A DNA stretch of 64,000 nucleotides from contig NC_086119.1 of assembly GCF_963921235.1 (NCBI RefSeq), positions 45,756,001 to 45,820,000 on the forward strand, read 5' to 3'. The notes below the pieces were generated by a model. That model was not told the origin of the DNA, searched no databases, and saw nothing but the letters and a program-made list of their open reading frames with translations. Shown in pieces: positions 13,235 through 26,555 of this stretch. Numbering within the stretch: the first letter of the stretch is position 1; every line of letters starts with the position of its first letter. The translations under genes and the position numbers were made by a program. Source of the stretch: Mobula hypostoma. Its lineage: Eukaryota.

Positions 13235-15485
13235 TTTGAGAGGGAGAAGCTAAAGTCAGATGTATCAGTATTACAGCAGAGTAAAGGGAATTCCAGAGGC
13301 ATGAGAGAGGAGCTGGCCAAAGTTGATTGGAAGGGGACACTTGCAAGGATAATGGCAGAGCAGCAATGGCCAGAATTTTTGGATCAATTCAAGTGCAGGA
13401 TAGATACATCCCAAAGAAGAAGTAATATTCTAAAGGCAGGATGACTCAACCATTGCTGACAAAGGAAGTCCAACCCAACATAAAAGCCAAAGGGAGGAAA
13501 AATTAGTAGGAAGTTAAGGATTGGGAAGCTTTTAAAAACCATCAGAAGGCAACTAAAAAAGTCATAAAGAGGAAAAAGATTGAATACAAAGGTAAGCTAG
13601 CCAATAATATTAAAGAGGACACTAAAAGTTTCTTCAGATATATAAAGAATAAAAGAGAGGTAGGAGTAGATAATGGACCACTGAAGAATGATGCTGGAGA
13701 GGCAGTAATAGGGGAAATGGTAGATGAACTAAATAAGTATCTTGCCTCCATCTGTACTGTGGAAGACACTAGCAATATGCTGGAATTTCCTGTGTTGGGG
13801 GCAGAAGTGAGTTAAATTGCTATTACTAGAGTAAGGGTGCTTGGGAAGCCAGAAGGTCTGAAGGTAGGTAAGTCAGCTGGACTAAACTGTTTACACCCTG
13901 GGGTTCTGAAAGAGGTGGCTGAAGAGACTGTGGAGGCATTAGTAATGATCTTTCAAGAATTAGTAGATTCTGGCATGGTTCCTGGAAAATTGCAATGCCG
14001 CTCCACTCTTCAAGGGAGAGACAGAAAAAATGAAATTATAGACCATTTAGTCTGACCTCAGTGGTTGGGAAGATGTTGGAGTCAATTACTAAGAATGTGG
14101 TTTCAGGATACCTGGAAATTCGATAAAATCAGCCGAAGACAGCATAGTTTCCTTGAGTTTCCTGACAAATCCATTGGAACTCTTTGAAGAAATAACAAGC
14201 AGGATAGACATAGGGGAAATCCGTTGTTGTTATATACTTGGAGTTTCAGAAGGCCTTTGACAAAGTGCAATACATGAAGCTGCTTAATAGTTTAAGAACA
14301 CATGGTATTATGGGAAGGGTACCAGCATGGACAGAGCATTGGCTGATTGGCAAGAGGCAACGAGTGGGCATAAAGGGGGCCTTTTCTGGTTGGCTGCTGG
14401 TAACTAATAGTGTTCCACAGGGGTCAATATTGGGGCTGCTTCTTTTCATGTTGCATGGCAATGATTGGGATGATGGAATTGATGACTGGCAAAGTTTGTG
14501 GACGATACAAAGATAGGTGGAGGAGTGGGTAGTATTGAGGAAGCAGAGAGACTGCTGAAGGATTAAGGTTAGGAGAATGGGCAAAAAAAAATTGGCAGAT
14601 GGAATATAGTGTTCGGAAGTGTATGGTCATGCACTTTGGTAGAAGAAACAAAAGCATGGACTATTTTCTCAATGGAGAGAAAATTCAAAAATCTGACAAG
14701 CAAAGGGAGTCCTCGTGCTTAAAGGTTAATTTGCAGGTTGAGTCAGTGGTGTGGAAAGTAAATGTAATCTTTCCATTCATATTGAGAAGACTAGAATGCA
14801 AAAGTAAGATTATCATGTTGATGTGCTAAAAAGGCACTGGTGAGGTCACACGGAGCATTGAGAGCAGTTTTGGGCCCCTTATCTAAGAAAGGATGTGCTG
14901 ACATTGAGTCCTGCCAAAGGGTTTTGGCCCAAAACATCAACTGTACTCTTTTTCATAGACGCTGCTTGGCCTGCTGTGTTCCTCTAACATTTTGTGTGAG
15001 TTGCTCAGATTTCCAGCATCTGAAGATTTTCTCTTGTATGTGCTGACATTGGAGAGGCTTCAAAGGAGGAAATGATTTCGGGATTGAAAGGCTTATCATA
15101 TGAGGAGCCTTATGTTCTTATTAAAAGCTATCGTATGTTGAAAGGCCTCAATAGAGTGAATGTGGAGAGGATGTTTCCAATGATGGGAGATTCTAGGATG
15201 AGCGGTCACAGCCTCAGAAACAAGGGACATCCATTTCAGAGACAAGGAGGAATTTATTTAGCCAGACTGGTGAATCTGTGGAATTCATTGCCACAGGCAG
15301 CTGTGGAGGCCAAGTCATTTGGTATATTTAAGGCTGAGGTTGATAGATTCTTGATTAGTCAGGGCATAAAGGATTATGGGGAGAAGGCAGGAGATTGACA
15401 CCCAAGAGGGAAATGGATTAGCCAGGATGTAATTGTTGAGCTGACTCATTCTGGCCTAATTCTGCTCCTATATCTTATGGTCTAA
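13235..15485 (+). mobile_element. Degraded CR1 LINE ORF2 fragment with 3' end
   Basis: Fragments FQKAFDKV...SVPQGSILG, MEYSVRKCMVMHFGRRN and NLWNSLPQAAVEA in several frames. Confidence 0.85.
14907..15037 (+). mobile_element. Solo Penelope terminal-repeat unit (131 bp) inserted in CR1
   Basis: Flanked by the exact 14-bp duplication ATGTGCTGACATTG (14893-14906 and 15038-15051). Matches the PLE end at 28422-28555. Confidence 0.85.
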
Positions 15486-15714
15486 CTGTGTCTAATCCTG
15501 CAAAGATATATATAGAAATCATGATATTGATGTTGCTTCCACCCTTGATATGCAAAAACCCTACCTGCAAGTTTTTTTCCCAACAGGAACTACTTGTTAC
15601 ATTGTCTGTCAACTGCTGGAAGAAAGTCAGACCTAAAGAATGCTTTTCAAAAGCCACACAAGTATGGCAATAGAAAAAGCTGCCTTGCCTTGTTGTTCTT
15701 TGGGCCTCGGCAAT

Positions 15715-16870
15715 GAAAGACAGGCCCAAAGAACTCATGATACAAATGACCCAAATCACCCAAATCATTGACTTGGGACTCAACACCTCCCTTTGCAACT
15801 GGATCGTTGACTCCCTGCCAAACAAGCCACAATCCAAAGACAAGCAGAAGCACATCTGCCATGATTATCCTCAACACCAGTGCTCTACAAGACTGCATCC
15901 TTAGCCCCCTACTTCACTTACTATATACTCACCATTGTGTTGGAAGATTCTGCTCTAATTCCATCTACGTGCTTGCAGATCACACCGCCATCAAATCTCA
16001 AATAATGATGTGCTAGAGTACAGCAATGAGATAGAGCCTCGTGACATGGTGTCATGAGGACAACCTTTCCCTCGGTGTCAGCAAAACAAAAGAGCTGGTT
16101 ATTGATTTAAGGAAGGNNNNNNNNNNNNNNNNNNNNNNNNNNNNNNNNNNNNNNNNNNNNNNNNNNNNNNNNNNNNNNNNNNNNNNNNNNNNNNNNNNNN
16201 NNNNNNNNNNNNNNNNNNNNNNNNNNNNNNNNNNNNNNNNNNNNNNNNNNNNNNNNNNNNNNNNNNNNNNNNNNNNNNNNNNNNNNNNNNNNNNNNNNNN
16301 NNNNNNNNNNNNNNNNNNNNNNNNNNNNNNNNNNNNNNNNNNNNNNNNNNNNNNNNNNNNNNNNNNNNNNNNNNNNNNNNNNNNNNNCTGAATAACATCA
16401 CGGCTTGGTATGACCAGTGCTCTGCCCAGGATTTCTAGAAACTGCAGTGATGTGGACACAGCCTAGCACATCATGGAAGTCAGCCTCCTCTCTGTGGTCT
16501 TTATCTACACTTCTTGCTGCCTCAGCCAGCATAACCAAAGAACCCATCCACCCTGGACATTTTCTCTCTCTCCTTCTTCCTCCCATTGGGCAGAAGATAC
16601 AAAAGCCAGTATCAAGAAGCTCAAAGAAAGCTTCTATTCCGTTGCTAAGACTATTGAACAGTTCCCTAGTACGATAATAGGCTCCCGATTTCACAATCTT
16701 CCTTGTCATGAACTTACACCTTATTGTCTGCCTGCACAGTAATTTCTCTGTAAATGCAACACTTTATTCTGCATGGTTTTTGTTTTCCCTTGTACTACAA
16801 TATATTGATCTGATAAAATAGATAGTATGCTAAACAAAGGTTTCCACCGCACCTCAGTACAAGTAACAAT
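15715..16870 (+). mobile_element. Degraded Rex1/Babar LINE spanning the assembly gap
   Basis: LGLNTSLCNWIVD, LSPLLHLLYTHHC and WCHEDNLSLGVSKTKELVID motifs. Confidence 0.75.
16117..16387. other. Assembly gap (271 N)
   Basis: Run of n. Confidence 1.
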
Positions 16871-16872
16871 AA

Positions 16873-17754
16873 CACTGGACAACAAAAGTGTTGCTTCTTC
16901 AGAAATTCTGTCGTTATGATAAGACCACTTGAAGATGAACACAAATATAATTTCAAACTATTTGTATCATTGAGGAATTTGGAGAAACAAACAAAAAAAG
17001 AACTTTTATTGAATATAATGCATTTAATTGCATAACAGTGCTGGTGCTTTGCAATAGTTCAACTAAGCCAAAAATATTTTGGTGTAAAATGTAAAAATGA
17101 TTTGTCTGACGGCTTCTCACTTGTGTCTAACAATAATCAGCCAGCATTGATGGATTCCAGTTTCTCCACGAATGCAAGGTCCTTTCACCAGGCTCGTCAC
17201 TGACTGCGCCAAGATTTGTAGGAAATAAGTCTCAATGGGAATACACCAAATGTGAGAAGTACAGGCTTTGTCTTGGTCACCAATTTCATACCCAAAGTAG
17301 AGCTCATGGACTTTCTTGATAAGAGGATTCCTGCTCAGTCTTTGAGATTTAAGCATGGTGAGTCATTTTGCTATCACAAATACTCCTGAAAGTGCATCAT
17401 TGTATTATTAGTACACACAAAATGCTGTGCATAGAACATGCACATCGACGAGATTGCAAATCAATATACATGTAAAGGTAATCCATAGAACAGTGTGCAT
17501 GTGATGTCACGCCACGCAGCATCCGTCCTACCTAAGCATACTCAGGCATACCTGGACAAGACAGAAAATGTTTTGGCTTACATTGTGGGCAACATTTTAA
17601 TTGACTTGAATTATGAATTGAAAGAACAAATATAGGTAATTACAAAAAAAAGTGTATGATTTGGGAAATTTCATTGTGATTTTCATGATCATAAGCACAA
17701 CATCCGTATGATATACTCACAAGTATTCTGAAGCCAAATCTTTGTTGTCTGGAG
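16873..17754 (-). mobile_element. Internally deleted Chapaev3-like (CMC) DNA transposon
   Basis: Terminus CACTGGACAACAAA with a degenerate inverse TTTGTTGTCTGGAG, TAA on both sides. Transposase N-terminal LKSQR...YFGYEIGDQDK lies close to the C-terminal NWNPSMLADYC. Confidence 0.7.
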
Positions 17755-18650
17755 TAATTGAAAAGAAATCAGTCTTTCAAGGAACAAAAATACCGTCTAG
17801 AAAAGGAACATGGAACTTTACAGAGTGCAATATTAAAACCAGACTTGCACTCATTGTCCTTATTCTATGATACCAAGATGAAATACAGAACAAAGAAAAT
17901 TGAAATCAATTTAAACTAAAATTTATTTGGCAAAAGAATTTCCAAAACTTCCATTGCTTAACTGGTTTCTCAGTATGGAGGCCCAAATTATCCCCAGGTT
18001 GGCTACACTAGGCAGGCCACAACATTCACAGGGCCAACATTAGAGTCTTAAACAGACATTGAGTTCAAAGTTGTCATGCAAGAGATTCCAGATGGGAAGA
18101 AAATTTTCAAGTATGTTCTCAAAGCTCCATGACAACCCTTAAAATGGAGGAGACGCATTTGGGGCAGCATTGAGAATCTCGCGTCCTTGCATTCGGAATA
18201 ACACAAAAAAACAGCATAGTAGGACGGCTTTCAAACTACTTATTTGTACATCCAGTCCCACACTGACTTCAACAGCCACTTCAGAACCTACCAAAATGGA
18301 ATGAAAATAAATCATCCCCGATCTTGACAGACCGCCTGAGAGTAAATATCAGGGCAAGATTTTAACACCATAATGTCTTCCAGGTATCCTCAGTAATAGT
18401 GTGATTAACAATACATAATTCTGCATAGAGAAAGCAGTTTCCCCCAATGGGGCAGTTGAGGAAACAAAATCAAAATTCATGATTCTTGTACTCACTCTTT
18501 TAATCTGTAAAAATATAGAGCAGTTATTTAAAACCAGGCTGCATGGTAGGGAGAGGGAATAAAATAACTTAAGCCAAGTTTTTAAATGTACATATCCCAG
18601 AGTGAGTTCTATAATCACAATCATTCCTTCTTGATGTTTCAGCAATAATA

Positions 18651-19289
18651 TTATCCGGGAACACCCTTAAAGCTGAATGCAATATCCAAGAGCACCTTCC
18701 CAAGTGCCTCTTGTTTCCCTCCCTTGACAAATTCTTCTGATAGCTCCCTAAAAGTACTGCAAATTCGCCTTGACTTGATGTCTTGTCTGTAAATTCCATG
18801 TTTCCATTTATATCGTGCATTTCCATACAAAACAATTAAAGATCGCCTTGGTAAATGAATTGCCACCTCTACATCATTGGAAGGTACAGATCTTTGATTT
18901 TTGCAGGGACCTGGAATATCAACATTGAAATCAAAAATGCTTTCTGAATTACCATTTATGGGATCATATTGCTGTGCGTTTTGTCCCATTTCAGTCAAGT
19001 GTAGCTGGAGGAAATCATCTGAATCACAGGTCATTGATAACACAGTTTCAGACAACAAATTAATGCTGACCAAACGTCTGCCCCACAGCCACCAGTCATC
19101 GAAGTGTGGATCAATGGCAGAGCCTTGCTCTGGTCTGTAATCTAGGTTACACTGTTCCACAGGAAGGAAGTTTTCCAGGACACTGTACTGCGCCATTCGG
19201 TTCACAAGCAAGAGGCTGAAACATGGTAGACCACTGAAACATCCCACTTTCAACTTGTGCTTTTTAAAGTTCACCTTTGGGCCATAGTC
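18651..19289 (-). CDS. ALKBH4: ALKBH4 exon 3 (Fe(II)/2-oxoglutarate dioxygenase core, ends in TAA)
   Basis: Acceptor tttcAG|GAC. DYGPKVNFKK...AIDPHFDDWWLWG (HxD)...WKHGI (distal His)...RRICSTFREL. Stop TAA at 18651-18653. 639 nt. Confidence 0.96.
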   Translation of the reverse strand, partial: DYGPKVNFKKHKLKVGCFSGLPCFSLLLVNRMAQYSVLENFLPVEQCNLDYRPEQGSAIDPHFDDWWLWGRRLVSINLLSETVLSMTCDSDDFLQLHLTEMGQNAQQYDPINGNSESIFDFNVDIPGPCKNQRSVPSNDVEVAIHLPRRSLIVLYGNARYKWKHGIYRQDIKSRRICSTFRELSEEFVKGGKQEALGKVLLDIAFSFKGVPG

Positions 19290-19934
19290 CTGAAAGTTGA
19301 CAAGGAAACAAATGAGTAACAATGGATTGAAACAAGAATTCTAATTTATTTCTTCACTTGTAATCACTGGCAAGCCCTGCAATTATTGTCCATTAATATT
19401 TGCTCCTGGAAAGATAATGATGATAGCTTATTGGCTAGGTAAACCACTTCAGAGGGCAGATAAGGTTAATAATATTTCTACTGGCCTGAGCCACTTAGGG
19501 AAGACAAGACACACATTTCCTAAAAGCAAATAGAAAACCAAACTGATATCTATAACTACTTTTTAAAGGTTTATGTTAATTGTTACTGATAGCACAATAC
19601 TTTTTTCCTCCCAAATTCTAGATTTACTGAATTCAAATTCCCAAACTGTTGGGTTGGGGAGAAAGAACAGATTTCCAGATATGTTCTTGGATCACAAACC
19701 CAGCACACATTTATTCTCCTGTTGGACTTTTTCTCCAGTATTTTTCTTACTATTTAAGTGTTGGGAATTGAGTTGGCTGAAGTCAAGTCTAAGTGAGTAT
19801 GGGGCCCTCAAGAAGAAGCTGGGATTAATCATCTACTCAGCACAATTGGCTAAAGTTGTTTGCTTCAGCCTTCAATTTGGCACTCAGATGTTGGTCTTTT
19901 TTATGTTCTTGGGAGTTGTTGCTCCAGCCCCCAG

Positions 19935-20285
19935 AGCATGCCCTTTTCTCCCTGTTACATCAGGTAGGTGGTACAGAAGCCTGAAGGCACACACTCAGCG
20001 ATTCAGGAACAGCTTCTTCCCCTCTGCCATCCAATTCCTAAATGGACATTGAAGCTTTGGATACTACCTCACTTTTTAGAAAAAATCTATACAGTATTTC
20101 TGTTTTTGTACATTTTTAAAGATCTATTCAATATACGCAATTCATTTACTTGTTAATTTACTATTATATTTTATTTTATTTATTATTATTTTTTCTCTCT
20201 CTGCTAGTTTATGTATTGCACTGAACTACTGCTGGGAAGTTAATAAATTTCACGTCACTTGCCAGTGATGATAAACCTGATTCTG
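19935..20285 (+). mobile_element. Rex1/Babar LINE 3' end
   Basis: SGRWYRSLKAHTQRFRNSFFPSAIQFLN followed by an AT-rich 3' UTR and a ctgattctga tail. Confidence 0.75.
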
Positions 20286-20812
20286 ATGCTCGACTCACAG
20301 TAACTGTTTAATTATTCTGAACTATTCATGAACAAATAGGGTGGGTCGACCAAGCTTTGACTTGATCCATCGGTTTAACTCTATCCAAGTTTAACCATAC
20401 TGAATTGGCCTATGGATCGAAGGTATTGTGTAAATACAGTACAGATGTATGAAACTGGAGGAAATTATGTATAAATGCCTGCTTTCTCTTTCAGACTATG
20501 GCAAGCATCACAATATAACAGATTCTTCAATTTGGCATCAATCACCACAAATCTCCTCACTTCTTTCACATTCCAGTTAGTTTTATTCATATGTTTTTAA
20601 ACGATATGGTTCATAAATTTCCTGTTAAATATTCAATTTCCCACAAAAGTTTATATTAAATTATTCTCTTCTAAGAATCTGACCCAAGAATGAAAATGTA
20701 CTGATACCCAAGTAATTTCAGTCAACAGATGAAAAGAATTTAAAACAGCATTCAAAATAAATGGAGTGTTCAAACTCATCTGGTGAATGCAAATGGAAAA
20801 AAATACAGAACT

Positions 20813-21000
20813 AAAAGCAGAAAATGTTGAAAATACTCAATCAGGTCCAGCAACAACTATTGAAAAGAGAAGCAGAAATAACGTTTCAGATCAGTGATCA
20901 TTCATCAGAATTAGGAACTGATTTTTCCTTGCTCTGATAACTGTTTCTCTCTGTACAGATACTGTTGGGCCTGTTGATTAATTTCAGCATTTTCTGCTTG
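20813..21000. repeat. Short PLE-derived fold-back element with a hammerhead-like core
   Basis: Arms aagcagaaaatgttgaaa / tttcagcattttctgctt. Minus strand has CTGATGA...GAAACGTT at about 20880-20908. Confidence 0.6.
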
Positions 21001-21580
21001 GTTAATAATTTGCATCACTCTAATCCCTGCTTGTAGATAGAACCTCAATATTATATAACAATGTTACAAATGTTTTTAATAGCAAAAGAAACAATTCAAT
21101 TAAGTACTTCCAGATCCTTGGAATGTCAAGGGACACAGTGAACATCCAAAACAGGAAACTTGAAATGACTGATTTTAATAAGAGTGGACTTTAATTAAAA
21201 TTGTATTTAAAAGAAAAAAATCTGTTGAGTTACTTTAAAATCTATTGCATCGACACTTTAAAAAAGCTCAGCACATAGCTTTGCATGCATTTTGAAAAAC
21301 TATTTACAAATGCCTTAAGATATTTGGGAAGTGTGACATATTTGCACCAGACTGATTAATGTCTATAATGGGAAGTTGTCTTCTATAATCCAATCAAAAC
21401 AAACTGTTAAACACAAAAGGAAGAATGGAATTAAATAATAATTGGCTATCACATCTGATCACTTGAAACAGAAATTTCTCATTCTATCACTTTATGGAGG
21501 TATACTGCAAAACTGTATTGTATCGGTGTCCCAGCAAGTGATCCATAAATAATATGTTCATCATGACAGGGAAACCTAAC

Positions 21581-21778
21581 CTGCTTCCTTCGTCCAGACT
21601 GGGAAGGTTTCCACTCATTGTTATCCATCAGGTTCACCAACTCTGTTTCTTCCTCTTCATTCACAAAATTTTCTGCTAAAAATACGCCAGGAAATGGAAA
21701 AGCCCAGCCACTCAGACATGTGGAGTCATCCCCAACTGCCAAGCCTGACTTGGGATGATAAGTGAAGTGGTATGTTCT
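21581..21778 (-). CDS. ALKBH4: ALKBH4 exon 2
   Basis: Acceptor ctacAG|AGA. RTYHFTYHPKSGLAVG...WAFPFPGVFLAENFV...SQSGRRKQ. Donor CAG|GTTAGG. 198 nt, phase 0/0. Confidence 0.95.
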
Positions 21779-22084
21779 CTGTAGAAAGAGTTTTTAATGA
21801 CAATGTTCACATAATTAGAAAGAGCATTTTGACACAAAAAAATACTGGCATCAGTATCACTCCATCCCAAACTACTTTTTGATAAAAAAAACAATGAAAT
21901 TCATTGACCAAATCAAATACCATATAAATAATACATGTTTGTTTTTGGACCAGGAACACAACTTCAGTGTTTTCTTAACATTCCCAACATATATGGAAAA
22001 GTTTTTAATCCAATTGGAAAAGGAGTGCAAGGTGCACATACAAATATAAAATGCAACACAAGTCATATCCAAACATTGCGTTGT

Positions 22085-23600
22085 TTTATAAACATGAGGA
22101 AATCTACAGATGCTGGAAATCCTAAGCAACACACACTAAATGCTGGAGGAACCCAGCAGGTCAGGCGGCATCTATGGAAAAGAGTAACCAGTCATCATTT
22201 CAGACTGAGACCCTTCACAAGGACTGAGAGTAAAGGAGGAAGGTGCCAGAATAAAAAAGGTGGGGGGGAGGGAGGTGGGAAGGAGGCTAGCTGGAAGGTG
22301 ATAGGGAATGCCAAGTAGGTGGGAAAGGTCAAGGGCTGGAGAACAAATCTGGTAGGAGAAGAGTGGACCATTGGAGAAAGGGAAGGAGGAGGGGACCCAG
22401 GAAGGAGTGATAGGCAGGAGAGAAGAAAATTGTTTTATCAGAAGGCGAAGTTGATATTCATGCCATCAGGCCGGAAGCTACCCAAACAGAATATAAAGTG
22501 TTGCTCCTCCACCCTGAGGGTGGCCCCATATTGGCACAAGAGGCAGCCACGGACTGAAATGTCAGAACGGGATTGAGAACCGGAATTAAATTGTTTGGCC
22601 ACCAGGAAGTCCCACTTGTGGCAGATAGTGCAGAGGTGCTCAACAAAGCAGTCCCCCATTTACAATGGGGCTCACCTTTGTCACATTGGGAGGACTGGAC
22701 ACAATAGACAACCCCAAAAGATTCACAGTTGAAGTGTTGCCTCACCTAGGTGGACTGTTTGGGGCCCTGAATGGAGGGGACAGAGGAGCTAAATGGGCAG
22801 GTGTAGCACGTTGGCCACTTTCAGGGATATATGCCAGGAGGGACAAATACACAAGGGAATCATGAAGGGGTGATTCCTGCAAAAAGCTGGAGGAGGGGGA
22901 GGCAGATAAAGATTTGTTTAGTGCATCCCTTTGGAGACGACATAAGTTGCAGAGGGTGATGTACTGGATGCGGAGGCTGATGGGGAGGGAGGTAAGGACA
23001 AGAGGAAGTCAATCACTGTTAAGGCGGAGGGAAGGTGGGGTGAATGCAGATGTTTGGGAAATGGAGATGCGGGTGAGGGCAGCATCAATAGTGGAGGGAG
23101 GGAAACCCCGTTCTTTGAGGAGGGCATCATGGAATGAAAAGTTGTCTCCTGGGAACAGATGCAGTGGAGGCAAAGGAATCGAAAAAAGGAATAGCATTTT
23201 TACAGGAGATAGGATGGGAAGTGGTATAGTCAATCAAGATACCCATGGGAATCGTAAGATTTCTATAAGATGTCAGCTGGCTGTGTCTCCAGAGATGGAG
23301 TCAGAGATTGAGAAAGGGGAGGGATGTGCCTAAAATAGACTGAGTGAATTTATGGACAGGATGGAAGTCAGAGGCGTAGTTAATTAAAGTGATGAGCTCA
23401 TGGGTGCATGAAGCAGTTAGCAGAGGAAGAGTTGGGGAACATTACCAGGGAAGGCTTTGAACATGGACTGTTCTAAACAGCCAATGAAGAGGCAAGTATA
23501 GCTGGGGCCCATGGCTACCCCTTGAGTTTGGAGAAAGTAGGAGGAGCAGAAGGAAAATTTGTTGAGGGCGAGGACCAGTTCTGCCAGACAGAGAAGTAAG
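22085..23600 (-). mobile_element. Penelope-like retroelement fragment (RT C-terminus, GIY-YIG endonuclease, terminal repeat)
   Basis: YFLQTQGVAMGPSYTCLF (RT). GDCFVEHL...LRVEEQHFIFCLGSFRPDGMNINF (GIY-YIG C-terminus). Confidence 0.85.
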
Positions 23601-24129
23601 TGTGTGGTGTAGGGGACTGGAGAAAGGTGGTGAATGGCAGAACATGCTTGTTGGGTCAAATGGTCTAACTCCACTTTGAGATCTTATGGTCTTATGATAT
23701 CATTCATCTCACAATCAAAGACAATCAGGTTGCAGGTGTTATGAAAATTCAAAAATAATGGAGATACTGAAAATCTGAACTAAAAACAGAAAATGCTGGA
23801 AATATCCTGCAGGTTAGGTACAAGCAGTGGAAAAGGAAACGAGAAAAATATTTCTGGTGGAAAATTTATTATCAAATAATCCATAGATCTTTCATCTGAA
23901 TCATTAGCTGCTTCTAGTTCCACAGAGGTTGCCTGATCTGTTGAGCTTTTCCAGCACTTTCTGTAGTCATTATGAATGCTGGTTGATGAAGTAACCACTG
24001 CAAATTGAACTCGCTGTTGCTGTCAAACTGAGAATCTTCCCTCCTTCACCCAAACTGAAAATAAATGCCCTTGAAATTCACTAACTTCCAATGACCTGAT
24101 GTCTTTCTAGTTATCTATTGGTCAGCACC

Positions 24130-24705
24130 TTTTGCATCACAGTCTGGGGCGGTGGGGAGCTGTGGGGATAAGCTCCCACTATCTATTAATGCTCCCAATG
24201 GCGTGCGTCTCAAATAACTTCCGACAACCAAGTCGAACTCCTGGCCTTCGTGCTCCTTAGCTACTAGACCCAGTAGAACAGTTTCCATTGACAGAGGGGG
24301 CAAAGGTTGGTTAATGGCACCTTAAAACCAGTCTCTTCTTGCAGAAGGGGCCCGGTCAGCCTTGGCTGTCAGCTCATTGAGAAGGAAAACTCTGATCTCA
24401 AACCTCCACAACCTTGAGGCTATACCCACTAGTGGGGAAGGCTTCAAGAGTAAACCCCAAGGAAAAATCCAGAGCTGGAATCCCTAAGGCAGTCCTAAGT
24501 TGAGTTCAATGCTGACTGGCAACTTCTGCGATGCCACTGGTGCCAAACTATCAGTCTCTGCCATTCCTTTGAATTCATCAACCGTGTGGAGAGTGAGAGC
24601 CTGCTGCATGGGCAACAGGCTGCTCTCCAAATCGTACTGCCCTGACTTGCACATGACAGCTAGGACGCGACACCCATGGTCGACCTCGATCAACGGAGGG
24701 CCATA
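24130..24705 (+). mobile_element. Non-autonomous element resembling an RTE-clade 5' region
   Basis: GC-richer block containing gaaggaaaactctgatctcaaacctcc, which I recall from RTE-type 5' UTRs. No ORF support. Confidence 0.35.
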
Positions 24706-25024
24706 CCATCCTTTCCTCTGAACAAAATGGGAGCATAAATAGAACATTCAGTCTCCGTACCTGCTCTACCATTTAACAAGATTATGGCTCTAACTTTTAA
24801 TGCTATTTTACAGCATGTGATGGTAATCCTTAAACCTCTAGCTTAACAAGAATTTATCAATTTCTGCCTTCACAATATTTAAAGATTCTCCTTCTACCAT
24901 TTTTTAAGGAAATTTCCAAAACTCATGACCTTGAGTGTGTTAAACAGCTAGCCCCTTATTTTTAAAGAGCCCTAGGTCTTCCCATAATAGGAAATAGTAT
25001 ATGTGACAAGAATAAACTAATACC

Positions 25025-26545
25025 AATAACCATATAACAATTACAGCACGGAAACAGGCCATCTCGGCCCTTCTCGTCTGTGCCGAGCTCTTACTCTCAC
25101 CTAGTCCCACCGACCTGCACTCAGCCCATAACCCTCCATTCCTTTCCTGTCCATATATCTATCCAATTTAACTTTAAATGATAACATTGAACCTGCCTCA
25201 ACCACTTCTGGTGGAAGCTCGTTCCACACAGCTACCACTCTGAGTAAAGAAGTTCCCCCTCATGTTACCCCTAAACTTTTGCCCTTTAACTCTCAATTCA
25301 TGTCCTCGTTTGAATCTCTCCCATTCTCAATGGAAAAAGCCTATCCACGTCAACTCTATCGATCCCCCTCATAATTTTAAACACCTCTATCAAGTCCCCC
25401 CTTAACCTTCCACACTCCAAAGAATAAAGACCTAACTTGTTCAACCTTTCTCTGTAACCTAGGAGATGAAACCCAGGCAACAATTTAGTAAATCTCCTCT
25501 GTACCCTCTCAATTTTATTGACATCTTTCCTATAATTCAGTGACCAGAACTGTACACAATACTCCAAATTTGGTCTTACCAATGCCTCATACAATTTCAA
25601 CATTACATCCCAACCCCTATACTCAATGCTCTGATTAATAAAGGCCAGCATACCAAAGGTTTTCTTCACCACTCTATCCACATGAGATTCCACCGTCAGG
25701 GAACTATGCACCATTATTCCTAGATCCTTCTGTTCTACAGCATTCTTCAATGCCCTACCATTTACCATGTATGTCTTATTTTGATTAGTCCTGCCAAAAT
25801 GTAGCACCTCACATTTTTCAGCATTAAACTCCATCTGCCATCTTTCAGCCCACTCTTCTAACTGGCCTAAATCTCTCTGCAAGCTTTGAAAACCTACTTC
25901 ATTATCCACAACGCCACCTATCTTGGTATGATCTGCATACTTACTAATCCAATTTACCACCCCATCATCCAGATCATTAATATATATGACAAACAACACT
26001 GGACCCAGTACAGATCCCTGAGGCACACCGCTACACACCATCCTCCAATCAGACACACAGTTATCCACCACTACTCTCTGGCGTCTCCCATCCAGCCACT
26101 GCTGAATACATTTTACTACTTCGATATTAAAGCCTAACAATTGAACCTTTCTAACTAACCTTCTGTGTGGAACCTTGTCAAAGGCCTTACTGAAGTCCAT
26201 ATAGACAACATCCACCGTTTTACCCTCGTCAACTTTCCTAGTAACCTCATCAAAAAATTCTATAAGATTTGTCAAACATGACCTTCCACGCACAAATCCA
26301 TGTTGACTGTTCCTAATCAGACCCTGTCTTTCCAGATAATTATATATACCATCTCTAAGAATACTTTCCATCAATTTACCCACCACTGACGTCAAACTCA
26401 CAGGCCGATAATTGCTAGGTTTACTCTTAGAACCCTTTTTAAACAATGGAGCCACATGAGCAATACGCCAATCCTCCGGCACCATCCCCATTTCTAATGA
26501 CATTTGAAATATTTCTGTCAGAGCCCCTGCTATTTCCACACTATT
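25025..26545 (-). mobile_element. 5'-truncated CR1 LINE with an open RT region
   Basis: [48 protein letters not shown], and YADH in place of YADD. (TTATATGG) tail. Confidence 0.95.
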
Positions 26546-26555
26546 TAAATATTTA

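Noticed and set aside
16041-16459. ORFs of poly-X
   Set aside because: Artefacts of the N gap.
17922-17927. ALKBH4 polyadenylation signal (AATAAA on the minus strand)
   Set aside because: Plausible at about 720 nt after the stop codon, but a lone hexamer in AT-rich DNA cannot be supported without 3'-end data.
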